Shown here: positions 1-13,988 of the stretch, piece by piece
How the letters are laid out: each line of letters starts with the position of its first letter
Numbering within the stretch: the first letter of the stretch is position 1
DNA from: Octopus sinensis
Taxonomy: Eukaryota
Assembly: GCF_006345805.1 (NCBI RefSeq)
Contig: NC_043002.1
Location: forward strand, 84,134,001-84,198,000
Length of the DNA: 64,000 nucleotides
Direction: 5' to 3'
Made by a program: the position numbers and the translations under genes
The notes under the pieces: model-generated
Told to the model about the DNA's origin: nothing
The model's input: only the letters and a program-made list of their open reading frames with translations
Database searches by the model: none

Positions 1-112
1 TCCGTCTGGGTTGCAGATCCGTGGAATAAGCTGCCGGACGAGATAGTGAAGATGCCAATGACCGCTCGGTTCAAAGTCTCTCTTGACCAGAAATGGTCTG
101 AACTCTTTGTAT
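1..112 (+). mobile_element. CR1-type LINE 3' end
   Basis: VADPWNKLPDEIVKMPMTARFKVSLDQKW, a typical CR1 C-terminus. Confidence 0.65.
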
Positions 113-576
113 GACCACCATCCCTGTACCCCTATATGGCCTTGCTTTTGCTTTTTGAGCCAATAAAATTTTAATTGAAATGAATTGAAAAAATGATGAT
201 GGACTCTCCCCTCATAAAGAACAGATGAGGGTTCCAGAATTTCTTCCCAAACAACCTGCAGAGATGGTTTGTTTACAGTGATCAAATGTTTGTGTTGTAC
301 AATATCTCACTTTCTCCATTAAATCGATATTGCCTGCACAGGTGCCTCATGTCAGATGTTGAAGTGATCACAGAGCAACATGAAATAAAATTTTCTGCTC
401 AAGGACATAATGCCACCACCCAATCCAAGAATTGAAACCACAACCTTGCAATCTTAAAAGTACAACACACTAACCACTAGACCATGTGCTTTCATACTAC
501 ATCAATACTAAGCATGGACTTTATGACTCAAAAACACAAATTTAATTTTCTCAACGAATAAACTCAAAGAACTTAC

Positions 577-701
577 CAGTTTCTTTATTGTCTGAGAAGT
601 AGATACTACTTGGATTAAACCATTTCTTCTTTAGAGTGTGCGATATAACATCAATTACCTGGGGAGCATGTGGTGTTGAAGCATTGTAATCCAAGTAAAT
701 T
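577..701 (-). CDS. SCLY: Internal exon of a selenocysteine lyase / class-V PLP (NifS-like) enzyme
   Basis: IYLDYNASTPHAPQVIDVISHTLKKKWFNPSSIY matches the SCLY/NFS1 N-terminal motif (VYMDYNATTP...WGNPSS). Acceptor ttctttctgtacag|A, donor ACTG|GTAAGT. The YNA.TP and W.NPSS residues favour SCLY over NFS1. Confidence 0.75.
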
Positions 702-3700
702 CTGTACAGAAAGAAAGGTAGAAATAAGTAAACATTTACATAATTACAAGTAAGAAAAAGTAGCAAATATACAAGTGTAAGATATTCCTACTGCAAATCA
801 AATTACTTTTAGCTATGATGCTAGTTTATTGCAGGTAATTCTTATCCAGATGAAACCAGGTGCCTATTTTCCAGTTCGATGAAATGAAGTTAAGTGGAAG
901 TGTTATCTCTGGAGACAATGAAAGAAATAAGATATTAAATCAGAAGTATAATTATTAATAAACCATTTAAATTTCTTAGGAAGACATGGGACAAAGTGGT
1001 GAGAAAGGATTTTCAGATGCTGGGCCTCACAAGGGACAGGGACTTGTGGCAATTTGCTGCACTTGAAGAGACATGTCAAGATAAGTAAAATCATGGCCAT
1101 CCATACATACAAGGTATGTCCTTAATGGCCATGCATCCCACTCCCTCTCCCAACTGAGAGGTCTTTGTCTTGCCAGTGCCATGTAAATGCATCCATGCCA
1201 GTGGCACATATAAAGCACCCTGCACACTCTGTAAAGTGGCTGGTGTTAGGAAGGGCATCCAGTCATAGAAATCATGCCAAAACAGACAATTGGAGTCCGG
1301 ACAACTCTGTGGCTGGCCAGCTCCTATCAAACCGTCAAACCCATGCCGGCATGGAAAACAGATGTTAAACAATGATGATGAATTACTAATACCCTCAGGC
1401 TTTATACCATTTGTTTCAGTTGCTTATAACTGATGGTACACAGCACCATGACTGGTAGGACAGGAAATAATCTACTCCTAAAATTCATATAGATCTTTAA
1501 TTTGCTAAGCTATTAAGCTATTCTGCCTAAACTTGCAAAATTTTTTTTGAAATGGAAAATAGACTCCTGCTAAGCATAAAATACGAAAATGTAAGAAACA
1601 CAGAGATAGATTAATGAATCTCACACACACACATAGGGAGAGAAGGAGAGAAAAAAAAAAGAATTTGTACCACCAAACCCAATCAATCAGTTCAGAAGAG
1701 TGCAAAATTGCAATGCACTGATTTTGACAAAGAATGGCTGGTTTGCCAAATGTCTGACTAAAATCTTCGGAACACCTAATTTGGCACCTCATAATATTCC
1801 GCTCCAAATTAACTTTAGTTGGTCATGCTTTTCCCCACTACAGGAGTTATTGTTTAGCTCCACGACAACCATAATCTAACAGGTCTATAATGAAAGATAT
1901 TCCATCCATGACTATACTGTCTTTTTCTATTTTTTCTACAGCTACATTACCAAATATGGTGTTCTTTTTCTACTGTTATGGCCTCTGCTCCTCACAGCTC
2001 ACTGAGCCCATGCCACCTACATACAAGTATTCCTATTCTACTCATCTCTCCCTTAATAATCACTAGTGTCTAACTCTCACTCGAATAAGGCCCCACACTA
2101 ACCAATGTCCCTAGTCTTTCCTTTCCAGAACACCAGTCTTCTGGAATTCTTTTCCTGCTTTTGTCTTTCCCAGGGTGTTGATTTACATTAATGGCATCAA
2201 TCTTGCTGGTCTAAGAGGGCTTGAGAAGGCCGTAAACCCTGCTCCTTTCTCCAGAGTCAGCAAGAAAAAAAAAAAAGATACTAATGCGTAATTTAGCAGC
2301 TACCTCTAGCAAGCAACCAAACACATGGAGGTCCTGTCATCAGGTCATCCCTCCAAAGTACACAGAACAAGAACCAGAATGATAATGAGTCTGTTCTATC
2401 TACTACGCTTTACTCTACTTATCAATAATGATTGTGTCTAATCAAAAGAATTTCTAATTCAAATGTACATAAATATGTATGTACACATTCACAATTTAGT
2501 TTTTGAATCTCGAGTTACTATATCCTGTTTACAATTTAACATCTTCACCTGTAAGAATACAAGTAGTCAAATATAAGTTTAAACAGTAACCTTGAAAAGC
2601 TACAGTCCTCAAGTAGAGAAAAAAAAAACATCACTTAATGGTGGTTCTTCAATTTAATCAGTAAGTAGGGCAATAAAAACATCTAAATTGGCTGGTTTTG
2701 TTATGGAAGAAATTTAAGTAAAAAAATTAAAAAATTACACACACACAATACAACTTGAGAACTTTGAAATTGCAGGTCTTGTACCTTAATTAAAGACCAT
2801 GGTTTTCAACATAGAGATCCAGTTAGAAAAAAACAAAAAAGAGATGATTGCAGAAAGGAAGGTTACTTTAGCATCTGAATAAATTAATTTTTCGTTATGA
2901 TATTGTATAATAAAATAACTTGAGACAAAAATTTCTAAACTCATAATTGGAGCAAAATTTTTTTAACTAGATCAGTATTTGTCAAACAAGAAGCACTTTG
3001 TTTCAAGGGGAATGAATTTCTGTCAAAGAAGGCACTTCAAACTGGGAAAAATAATATTTTGTGTACTTTATATATCAAATGAAATATCAATATACATAAC
3101 TACACAAATGATCATAAATTAACAGTTAACAAAAAAAAAAAATGCCTCTTCAAACTTAATCCCATTTGAGACTCTTCAATTATTTATGTTTGAAAAATGT
3201 CCTCATAGTAATACGGTAGTTAAGCTCAGCAAGTGCTTTTGTCCTTTGTAACAACATAGTAGGTCGCATGTACCTTTAGTATGGTTTTGGCGATATATTA
3301 AGTAAAAATCAAGGACACCTCAACACTTGTGTCTATAGTGAACTTCAAGTAAAATTATCTGGATTTTTTCCTTAGTATTCTAGTTTAGTTTCTCTGCATG
3401 CAAGCCAAAGCAGACATTGAATTAGTTTCAAATTTCGACACAAGGGGAATCTCAGGAGAGGCGGGGGGGGGGGGTAAGTTGGTTACAATGATCCCAGTGT
3501 ACAAATAGCAATTATTTTATTAACCCTGAAAGGATGAAAGGTAAAGTTGATCTCAGCAGAATTTGAACTTGGAATGTAAAGACAGACAAAATGCCGCTGA
3601 GTATTTTGCCTGGCATGCAAACACTTCTGCCAGTTTGCTTGCCTTAAAGTAGATATTAAATTAAATGGAAGTTTTGTGCTGCAAAAATTTCACTGTATTC

Positions 3701-6022
3701 TTTTATTTTAATCCTTATTATGATGGCACTTACAATACTTTTGGCCTTCCCAACAACACATTTAGCATTAAAGCAAATGGAACTTTTATGGTCCACTGAA
3801 ATAAGATTGCTATTTGATTGCCATTAACAAAGTCATAGACTACTTCAATAATTGCTACTGTAAAAAGTGTAATGGTGAAAGAATTACTAAATGACATATC
3901 AAAATGGGAGAGGACATGAGAAATCACAAGGGGAGGAATGCAATTAGGGACTCTGAGAAATCACTGACCCAAATCTAACTAGGATAGACAAAAGTATTGA
4001 TAAAGGGTGAGATGGGACTTACTATATATATTTTAGCAGTAATAGCCAATAAAATGTTGAGCATAGTTTTACAACCATACCACTAAGCAGGGGCCCAGTT
4101 ATAAAAATTGAAATGTGTGTCATAGAATATATGACACGTAACTGAATTGTGTCATAGAATATAAGACACATAATTGAATTGTGTGTTGTATTAAATGTCA
4201 TACATAATTAACAAAATGTTTACATTAGCAAGAACCTTTCTAAGTGTCTGAAGCACTAATTAGCTACTTCCTAATATTTGGGGGAAAAGGAAAAAAAAAA
4301 TAGGAAAGAAGCTGGCTAATTTCCATGTAAGTTTAATTCTTACAATTTGTTTTAGAGTAGTCTTAAGTCAATAGTTTTTCTCCAACCAACATGTCTGAAT
4401 GTTTCAGACAATAGTCATGTGAAGAGAAAAGCTTATATAGAGGATTAAAGACAATAGCATTTAAACATGAGGTTTTTGTATCTTTGCTCTTGTTGTTGTC
4501 ATCATAATCATCATCACCAGCATCATTTTACACCCACTTTCCAAGCTGGCATTGGTTGGATTATCATCCAAGCCAGTTCTTATTTGAAGTTATTGCCTCC
4601 CCAGACAGATCAGAAGGCGTTGCTCATATACCATTTTTGGCTTGATTTCTACAGGTGGATACCCTAATACAAACCAATTTAGTGTTTAAGTGCTGTGATA
4701 AAATGGACCCAGTACACAGTGTCCTGGGTACATTTTATCATGGTATCAGCACAAGAGAAGTTGTCATTTCCTTGGCAAGACTAAAGAATCTTCTTGACGC
4801 TACACTACACTACACTCCATTACTACTGAAACAGTAATTTAATATAAGTTACCTATAAATTTGTAAAACGAAAAATTCATTGTCATTTCCCACACAGAAG
4901 TCGCCTAACCAGTTTTTCTTATACACTTAACAATTTACCCATGATACTAAACAGGTTCTCCCTTAAAGGTCATTCCCTTTTAGCACTCAAGTTGAAAATA
5001 AACCATGACCAATTAACAGCCACCTTACAACATTACTATATATATATATATATAGACTACAATGTGTTAGACATTTTTGTTCTTTCTTTTATATTCACAA
5101 CTGAACTAAATACACGTCACTAGAGGGCAGGTTACAATTACTTTTATTAGATTAACTTACAGATACTAAATCAGATGTCTTAAGTATTAGATGACAGCCG
5201 TGTTTCTGTGTTACAAGACTGTTAGTATTGACATACCATGCTTAAAATCAGTCAAGGAGCAAAAAACCTTTTTTAAAAGATCAAGAAAAATTCAGATTAT
5301 TTGGGTGATTAATCAAGGATGTAAAACTATTTACAATACTTTCTAATTAAGTAATACAGACCTGCCCTGCATCATTGGGTTAGTCTACATTACTCTATAA
5401 GAGCCATAGGGCTGATTTCCTGGTCTCCCTGGTGTATATATTTTTCTTTGTGTGGGATGCCAGATTACTCATTTTTACCAGCTGAGTGGACGAGAGCAAC
5501 ACCAAATGGAGTGTTTTGCTCAAGAATATATGTCTATTCCAGGAATCAAAATAAGAATCTTACCATCATGAGTCCAACACCCTAACCACTAAGCCATGTG
5601 CCTCCACATTCCCATCATTACATAAATAAAATACTAATACACAAATACACACACACAAACAATATATATATATATTGGTAACTGCTCAGTTTACAGATGC
5701 AAATCTTTGCAAATATGACTCAGAATTTGGTATAAAAGCTTTCAGTTTCTCAAAACGTTTTTGTTTTGTTAACAAACCACTCTACATTATTAAGGTAAAA
5801 ATTACAATGTTAACAGTTGATATAGTCTCTATTGTTACTCAGGGTTTCACACACCCAAAATACATGCATGATTGACCCAGACAGTCTTTTGTTTGATTCA
5901 TGATTCATGATAAAGTTACTGTCAAAAACAAGCATTTCAGACAAGTGACAATGGACTCAGTCATAGAAACTTTGTGAGGGAGAGAGAGGGGGGGGGAGTA
6001 TGTGCGTGTGCATATACATACA

Positions 6023-7152
6023 CACTGCTGTGCAAAAGTCTTTGGCCACTTTAAACTATTATAAGTTTCTTGGCCTTGTTGGAGTCATTTCCTTACCTAA
6101 TCATTATATTTTGTAGTAGGGGTTTTGAATATGAGGGGAAGAAACGAGATGACCCCAAAAATGGCCATGCAAAAGTTTTCAGCCACCTCACATAAACCAC
6201 TCAAGATACAGTGTTTTAAAACAGAAAAATGTCTATAATGAAAATTTACTACATAATGTTCATTTCAAGAAGTTACATTAACATTTCATAGTTAATATTT
6301 GTGTGGCTTTCCTAGCTTGAACAATTGCTTCAATGTACCTGGGAAAAGATACGTACAAATCCGTCACCTTCTTCACAGGTATGGAGATGCCATTCTCTGT
6401 GGCTGAGCTTCTACAACCCTTTAAGATTGTGTGGGTTCTTCTCTTTAGTTCTGTCCACATTTGCTTGATGATATTTAAGTCAGGGCTCTCAGCTGGTCAA
6501 TCTTTCAATACGGTAACACCTTCATTAGCCAGACTCTGTTGTGTTGCATGCAATCTGTGGCATGGAGCTCTGTCATGCTGAAAAATTACACCGTCATCCA
6601 AGTCCAATATCATATTGTCCTTCAGCAACTGGATGTATTTGGCACTATTCAAGTTACTGTCAATTTTAACCAACTTTCTTGAATCATCACTTTTTATGTA
6701 TCCTCGAAGCATCAGACTCTTTCCCCCAAACTTCACTGTTTTCATCGTTTCGCCTTCCTGGAGGCCTTCTGACAAATTCTCGCTTATTAGAAAGTGAAAC
6801 AACCCACGTTACATGACAAAAACAGTGAAGTTTGCGGGAAAGAGCCTGATGCTTTGGGGATACATAAAAAAGTGATGGTTCAAGAAAGTTGGTTAAAATT
6901 GACAGTAACTTTATCTTGATTGGCTTATGTGAGGTGGCTGAAAACTTTTGCACGGCCATGTTTGGTGGTCGTCTCACATCTTCCCCTCTCATTCTGAATC
7001 CCTACTACAAACTATGATTAAATATGGAAATGACTCCAACAGAGCAAATGTTTCATCAGTAAAAAATGCAATGTAAAACAGCCACTTATAGGTTGGCAAT
7101 TGGTAGAAATTTACAGTAGTTTGAAGTGGCCGAAGACTTTTGCACAGTACTG
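6023..7152 (-). mobile_element. Defective Tc1-like DNA transposon with IR/DR-type ends
   Basis: Outer TIR CA(C/G)T(G/A)CTGTGCAAAAGTCTT(T/C)GGCCAC at both ends. Inner repeats at 6161-6198 and ~6922-6959. Minus-strand transposase remnant FQHDRAPCH...P.ESPDLNII..MWTELKRR (DD34E-type region). Confidence 0.88.
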
Positions 7153-7239
7153 TGTGTGTGTATATATATATATGTATGTATGCATGAATGTATGTATGTA
7201 TGTATATATATATATAATGCGTACATAACCCATGGCCTA

Positions 7240-7745
7240 TGCCAGGGGTGGAACCAGCCCACTTATATGTACCTTTCCTACATTAGATACTAAACTCTGC
7301 TTACGAAGACCTGTTGAGGCAAGTGAAATCAAATCAATCAAATCAAATTCACAAATTCGATGACTGGCTTCTATGCCGATGGCACGTAAAAAGCACCATT
7401 CAAATGTGATCGTTACCAGCGTCGCCTTACTAGCACTTGTGCCGGTGGCACATGAAAAACATTTGAGTGAGGTTGTTGCCAGTGCCGCTGGACTGGCTCC
7501 TGTGCAGGTGGCACACTTGAGCATGGCCGTTGCCAGTACTGCCTGACTGGCCCTCATGCCGGTGGCACATAAAAGCACCCACTACACTCTCAGAGTGGTT
7601 GGCTTTAGGAAGGGCATCCAACTGTAGAAACTCTGCCAGATCAGATTGGAGCCTGGTGCAGCCATCTGGTTCACCAGTCCTCAGTCAAATTGTCCAACCC
7701 ATGCTAACATGGAAAGTAGATGTTAAATGATGACGATGATGATGA
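7240..7745 (+). mobile_element. SINE/LINE-tail repeat with internal GTGCCGGTGGCAC repeats and (GAT)n tail, family C (representative copy)
   Basis: ...GAGTGGTTGGC.TTAGGAAGGGCATCCA...CATGGAAAG..GA.GTTAAA.GATGATGAT. Other copies: ~1150-1380, 17640-17940, 26270-26410, 48770-49130, 49530-49920(-), 55090-55355. Confidence 0.8.
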
Positions 7746-8249
7746 GCTCATACAATAATAATATTCCTGAATATATATTCATATTCAGAATATACTTGAC
7801 CTTTACAAAATGAAAGTGATAAAATGTCTAATAAAATCAAGTGGAAATAAATTAGCAAGTTATAAAAACAGAAAAAACACTCAAATGAAAACAGATCTCC
7901 ATATAATTAGCTAATCTTCAGTCCTCTGTTAGTGTTGACACAACATTAATGCTGTGCTGTTGTGCTTATCTCATAATAAATTGCACAGTTTTCCATGAGA
8001 ATTCTAAAGTAATTGTTGATTGTAAATAAAAACAGTAAAATAATATTAATCATAAGACTTACATTCAGAAACAATACATAAAACAATGGCGATACAAGAT
8101 ATTTCAATGTTTTACGTTATTGCTTTAGTCACCTACTTTGGAAAGTGTTTTTTAGTACCTTAGGAACAGATCTGCAGTTATTTGAGATTCTACCTTTGTA
8201 ATAATTTCCCATAGCTTGATTTTATTTAAGGTGATGGTTACTTTGTGAA

Positions 8250-8525
8250 GGCGCATGGCTCAGTGGTTAGAGTCGAGCTTATGATAGTGAGGTTGTGAGC
8301 TCCTGTTCACTCAGCTGTAGAAATGGGTTGTGACGTCACAGGTGCCAGGCTGTATCGGCCGTTGCCTTTCCCTTGGATAACACTGGTGGCATGGAGAGGG
8401 GAGGCTGGTATGCATGGCTGACTGCTGGTCTTCCGTAAAAATAACCTTGCCCAGACTTGTGCCTGGGAGGGTAACTTTCTAGGTGTAAACCCATGGTCAG
8501 TGTCGTGACCGAAGGGGGTCTCAGA
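8250..8525 (+). mobile_element. tRNA-head SINE, family D
   Basis: GGCGCATGGCTCAGTGGTTAGAG head. Related copies at ~21770-21990 and 61585-61830. Confidence 0.7.
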
Positions 8526-11500
8526 ATGGTTACTTTAGGAAGGACATTCTGATTTTGAATGCATTCAGCAAGATTCCCTATATAAAACATACTCCCACTA
8601 GTACAACCTCAAGAGTATATGCTAAATGTAAATGAGATGTCTTTTAGTCCAGTTTCACTGAGGATTTGACGATCTCTCTAGTGCCAGGTGTCATAAAAAA
8701 ATACATAAAAATAACAAGGATGTAGCGACCTATTCAAAGGTAGAAACTCCGTAGTAATTTGTATAGTATAAATGTATATATATTATCAGAATAAGCATAC
8801 CAAAGGGTCCGTGGGAAACTCATTTAAATAAAAGAGTTGGAAACCACTGGTATAAACATTCATTCAGACAAACATGTACATCAAGTTGTAATGCTGTTAC
8901 TAGGGTCCCTAGATATAGTAGATAAATGATGTCACAGCTACTCATAAAGGTGGGGATGGGGTGGACAATATGGGCATTGAGTGGAAGCAGACTTAACCCT
9001 CGGAACTGGCTGGTTTTTGCCACTCCCACCATCACCAGAATCCTGTATTAACCACCAGGCCCTAGACCCAGACCTTCAACTTCAGCAGTCCCAGTCTCAA
9101 ATTGGATTTTCAAACACCAAGTACTGCAGTCAATATAATCGACAATTCCTCTGCCCTCAAATTTCTAGCCTTGTGACTGTGTTAAAAACATTTATCAAAT
9201 ATTGCTTTCGTAGTTTGTCCCCTGATCAAGCATAACTATCGTCAAATGCATTCCAGACAGAATATATGAATTCTAATAATCAATTACACGTGAAACTCAT
9301 GTCAATAAAAGCGTCGTTTAATGTTTCCAGTAACATATAGCGTGTTCAGTACGGTTCGAATACTAAAGAGATCATATACAGATAGTGAAATAAAAGTCCT
9401 CGGACGAGTAGAAATCACCAGAAAACTTAAGAACATAGGAATCAGATGGTTAAGTTAATGAGAAACAACTTCGATCACTTCAGTAACAGCTGGGAAAATG
9501 AAAGACACGAAGAAGACACTGGATGGGCTTATTCAGATGGCAGCAAAAAGTTTTAAAAAATTCAACCTCAATGGAGCAGATTCTATGATCAAATGCATTT
9601 CACTTCTGAACATCTTTTTTTCAAACTACATTATCGAATGTATCCTTTTGTGAAGAAAATGTGTGATTTGATAGAAATTTGGCTGCTATTTCTAGTACGT
9701 CGAATAGCCATATAGTGGTTACATATATGATTGATTTGTATTAACCACCCGAGAAATTTCTATTTAGGGATGCTGTCAAGTGTATTTCAAGCAAAATGAT
9801 TTAACTTACATCATTAATCTATTTGAGAAACGAATGAATGTCACTACTTCCTATTAACGACTTTCCCCAAGAAAAAGACTAACTGGTGAAAAGAAAACGA
9901 AGACGTCAGAAGAGACGCGATTTCCTAGTGAGCCTTGAACCGTTTCTTGTTTGAATTAATAGTGATATAAATTTAGATTCGTTTCGTTTTTGGATTTGGT
10001 TTGCAAGGTTCTTTATGCGAGTTCGTGTGTTGAAGCATATTCTGTTGTGTCAGGGGAGAGTCATTTTCTTTTTGTGCCTTATAATTTTAACACACTCACC
10101 AGTAAAATTTCCACTTATTTCTTATTTTTATTTTCCTAAATCTTTCGTTGCGTCTTGCAACCTTTTCAATAGTCTTAGCCCAAGATCCACTTGAAAAACA
10201 TTCTGGTTATGACCATCTAGGCATTTATTTAATATACGGGGATAGTGGAGGAAAATAGGGGTGGGTCAGGGAGGAAGCAGTAATGAGTAGCAGTACATAA
10301 AGGGTGGTGGTAAGAGCAACAGTACAATGAAACCATAAGGCGGCGAGCTGGCAGAAATGTTAGCACGCCGGGCGAAATGCGTTCTGAGTTCAAATTCCGC
10401 CGAGGTCGACTTTGCCTTTCATCCTTTCGGGGTCGATAAATTAAGTACCAGTTACGCACTGGGGTCGAATGTAATCGACTTAATCCGTTTGTCTGTCCTT
10501 GTTTGTCCTCTCTGTGTTTAGCCCCTTGTGTGTAATAAAGAAATAGGTATAATGAAACCATAGGCAGATGAAAAAATAAGATGATGTAACGTGTATGAGA
10601 TAGTTGAGAGCAGGATGCACAGTGGCAGAGACAAAGGCTAGAGATACATAGGGGTGGATATAGTCATAAACAAAGGTGAGGGTCTGACAAGAGAGACAAA
10701 CAGACATTTCTTTTATTTTCTACTTTCTTAAATTTAGGATTAAACTTGCTTTTTGCAGTAGGGAATTAAAAAAAAAAATCAAACATCTCTATCTGTCCCC
10801 AAAGGTAGAAGAATTTTTGGCATACTTTACTAACATAGAACTCTGGTTCAGAATGAGAATCGATTTTCCAAAAGAATGTGATAAAGAGAGGGGCATGTAT
10901 TATAAGGCTGGATGGGTAATCACAGTTCTTATTCATAGTTACTGCTCTCCCTCCTTGATATTTTCAGCTTTACTTCTTTGTAGTTCTACTCTTGTGAAAT
11001 AATCTTATTTTCATGTAAGTGATGCCGAACATGTGGCGATATGGTCATGTTTTACGCTCCAAAACTTTAATGTGGTGTTGAGTCGTTCGCTTCCCAACCA
11101 CTTGATATCCAGTTCAATCTCACCAAGGGCAAGTGTCTTCTATTATAGGCCTGGGGTGATCAAAGACTTGTGAGTGGATTTTGAAGATGGAAATAGAAAA
11201 AAGTCTGTCCTGTGTGTGAGTGTCCCCATCCGTCTGTCCATCCATCCATGCCTTAACATTGTGTGAAACTTGTAAATGAGCATCATCATACCAGTGGTGT
11301 TGTTTTGTTTCAAATCCTCCACAAAAACCTGTCAGGTCAGTGGGAAATATCAGCTTGTTTAGAAACAAAATGAAGGTTGGTAACAGGGAGGGCATCAGAC
11401 TATAGAAAATCTGCCTCAGCAAAATCCACATTTTCTTCATACATCCATTCACACATTCATGGATGTGTAACAATGAACTATATAATACCTGAGCCAACAA

Positions 11501-12936
11501 ATGAACTTCTACTAGAAATAACGGCCAAATCTCTCTCCAAATTCACACGCCTGTCTTGGTAGTACAAGGACACACATGACAATGTAGTTCTAGACATAAA
11601 AAGAAGAAAATGATGGTCATGTTTGGAACGTTTTCCCTCGTAGGTTTGTTCTATCAAGGTTAAGGCTGACCTGAGTTTAAACATCTTTACCTTATGATCA
11701 CAAATTAAAAAGTGGAATATTATCCTAAGTAAATGCAATTGAAATTTTGGGAAAAAATATTGACATGTTCAAAAGCACTTTCTTTTCAGAATTGTAATCT
11801 CCATATTTTTAAACTTGGAATCGGGAGTGAAGATTGATAAAAGAAAAAGGAAAAAAAAAAAGTTAAAATTTTGATGTGAATGAGGTGATTGAAAATTTAT
11901 AAAGCTGATTTTTTCCTGTTTTGCAGTCGTAATCTCTATCGCCATTGTTGAAAACGGCATACATACAAAAGGTGTTACCCACCATCGACTTTGTTTCCTC
12001 ATAACTTCCAGCAAAATAGACATTTTTTAATGCATTTTCTTACAGATATGCTTCAGGCTGTGAAGATTCTGATTATATTTGAATATGTAGTGTAAAATAT
12101 TTTCCGAGGGTGGGAAGGAGCGTTTCTGAAAATTCACAGAAGTTGTGTTTCCTTCATAACTTTCAGGAAAATGGGGTGTAGGTTGCGATTATATTGGAAT
12201 TTAATAAAAAAAATTTTTTTTTAAATATATATAAACGGCGGGCTCGTACTTATTATTATATACTGACACATCGGAATTCTTTTCGAAATTATAAGTTTCA
12301 TTTTGTGATGTGTGTCCATTTTTCTGGAAGCTAGGAGGAAACAAAGTCAGGGTGCACACTTGTGTAGGCATGCCTTGAAATTTTAAAAAGACATGTTGGG
12401 GTGCCTATTGGAAACATCCGCTTGGACATAGCCGAATAGTGACAATATTTCCACTTTAATTTGTAATCAAAAATGGAAAGAATATCACCACTCACCACAC
12501 CAATGTTTAAAATTAATGTCTATTTCACAGTATTTATTCTGTTTTAGCAATTATCATATAAACATAATTAAAATGTTACTGTAACATTCGCATCAGCCGC
12601 GTAAAATCATTTGAAACGTAATTATTTCGTGAAGCGAATAAACACCACTGAAAATACTTATACACCAGGAAAATGCTTGAAGGAAACTTACACTCCAATT
12701 TTGCCTTAATCAAATTATAACAATAATTGGTTGTTACTTATCCCTAGGATACCCCGATCGAGGAGACCTATGGAGGTGAGAAACTCAATTGAGTGGTCGC
12801 CGTGGTGACCATCTCATCATGTTTGTATATTGGAGATTACATCAGAAAATAGAGTATGATCTGAGGGAGATTTGGCTGCTATTTTAGCAGGCCAAATGAC
12901 CACATAGAAGACTGCTGTTTAGCTGATTCATACATT

Positions 12937-12967
<31 letters not shown>

Positions 12968-13282
12968 TACATGTACATACATACATCATACATACATAAA
13001 TAAATAAATATTTCGGGAAACCTTGAAATATTTTTGAGAAATGAAATGCAAAAAAAAACCAGAAAAAAAAGTGATGTTCATGCTTTTCGAAGGGGCACTA
13101 GGGCTATGAAGGAGATGACGTTTATTGTAGTTTAGTATTGATCGGGCCTGAGTGAGCAGATATACGATCAAAGGCATTCCAGCTGTGACCATGCCTTCAT
13201 ATATATATATTTTTTAACAGAATATGTTCTGCAGGATATTCAGCTGCCACCTTAGCACGTATTTTAGCAACCAACCGCATAG

Positions 13283-13440
13283 AGCAATCACGGGCAACCT
13301 GCGGCCCGTGGGACGTTCTGAAAGGTGCGTCTAACGAAAAATTACCTTGAATTTTCTTTTTTTAGTAGTGCGGCCCACCTGATGCTGAGCCATGTTTCAC
13401 GCGGTCCGGTTCTCGAGAAAGAAAGGTTGCCCATGCCTGA
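13283..13440. mobile_element. Short hAT-type non-autonomous element
   Basis: Inverted ends CACGGGCAACCTGCGGCCCG ... AGGTTGCCCATGCCTG. Confidence 0.55.
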
Positions 13441-13705
13441 CCTAGAGGCCCTATCGTTGGCTCGAGCGAGATGAATTAACTTCAAAAAGGTAAAAAAAAA
13501 ATTAATCTTCGGCATTCGTCATACAGTTTTAATTACTAAGTACAAGGCCTAAATATTTATATACGGGTGTAAATGGGGTTTGTGGTATTCCACCCAAATG
13601 AAACCAGGATCGAAACCCGCTCGTTTTACAATTACAACAATAACAACAACAATAAATTCTTAAAGAACTCAAAGATGCTGATAATGTTTTTAGAATCCAA
13701 CTTAC

Positions 13706-13782
13706 ATCTTTCCATTCTGAATGATATCGTCAACATCCCTGGAATCCGGATCGAAAGCTGCGATGTTTAATACGGATCCCAT
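13706..13782 (-). CDS. Putative first coding exon of the SCLY-like gene (MGSVLNIAAFDPDSRDVDDIIQNGK)
   Basis: GCCATGG start context. Donor AAGAT|GTAAGT, phase 2, compatible with the acceptor at 701. CpG-richer non-repeat sequence around 13570-14350. The linkage across a 13-kb intron is inferred. Confidence 0.45.
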
Positions 13783-13902
13783 GGCCAAGAGTGATTCAAA
13801 ATCGATTAGATTAGGCCACCAAGAAAATATAGATGTGTTTATGTATGAGTATGTAGACAGAGCGTTATGGATAGATGGATGGGTATATATGTTGTTGTTT
13901 TT

Positions 13903-13918
13903 TGTGTGTGTGTGTGTG

Positions 13919-13953
<35 letters not shown>

Positions 13954-13988
13954 TGTGTGTGTAGATAGATAGGTAGATAGATAGATAA
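13903..13988. repeat. Compound microsatellite (GT)n(GA)n(GT)n(ATAG)n
   Basis: Seen directly. Confidence 0.95.

Noticed and set aside
2495-2548. Alternative SCLY exon (VKMLNCKQDIVTRDSKTK) after a good minus-strand acceptor
   Set aside because: Weak donor (GTGAAT) and no homology; cannot be supported without transcripts.
7380-7580. Regularly spaced GTGCCGGTGGCAC repeats resembling a CRISPR-like array
   Set aside because: Eukaryotic context; these are internal subrepeats of a dispersed SINE family present many times in the window.
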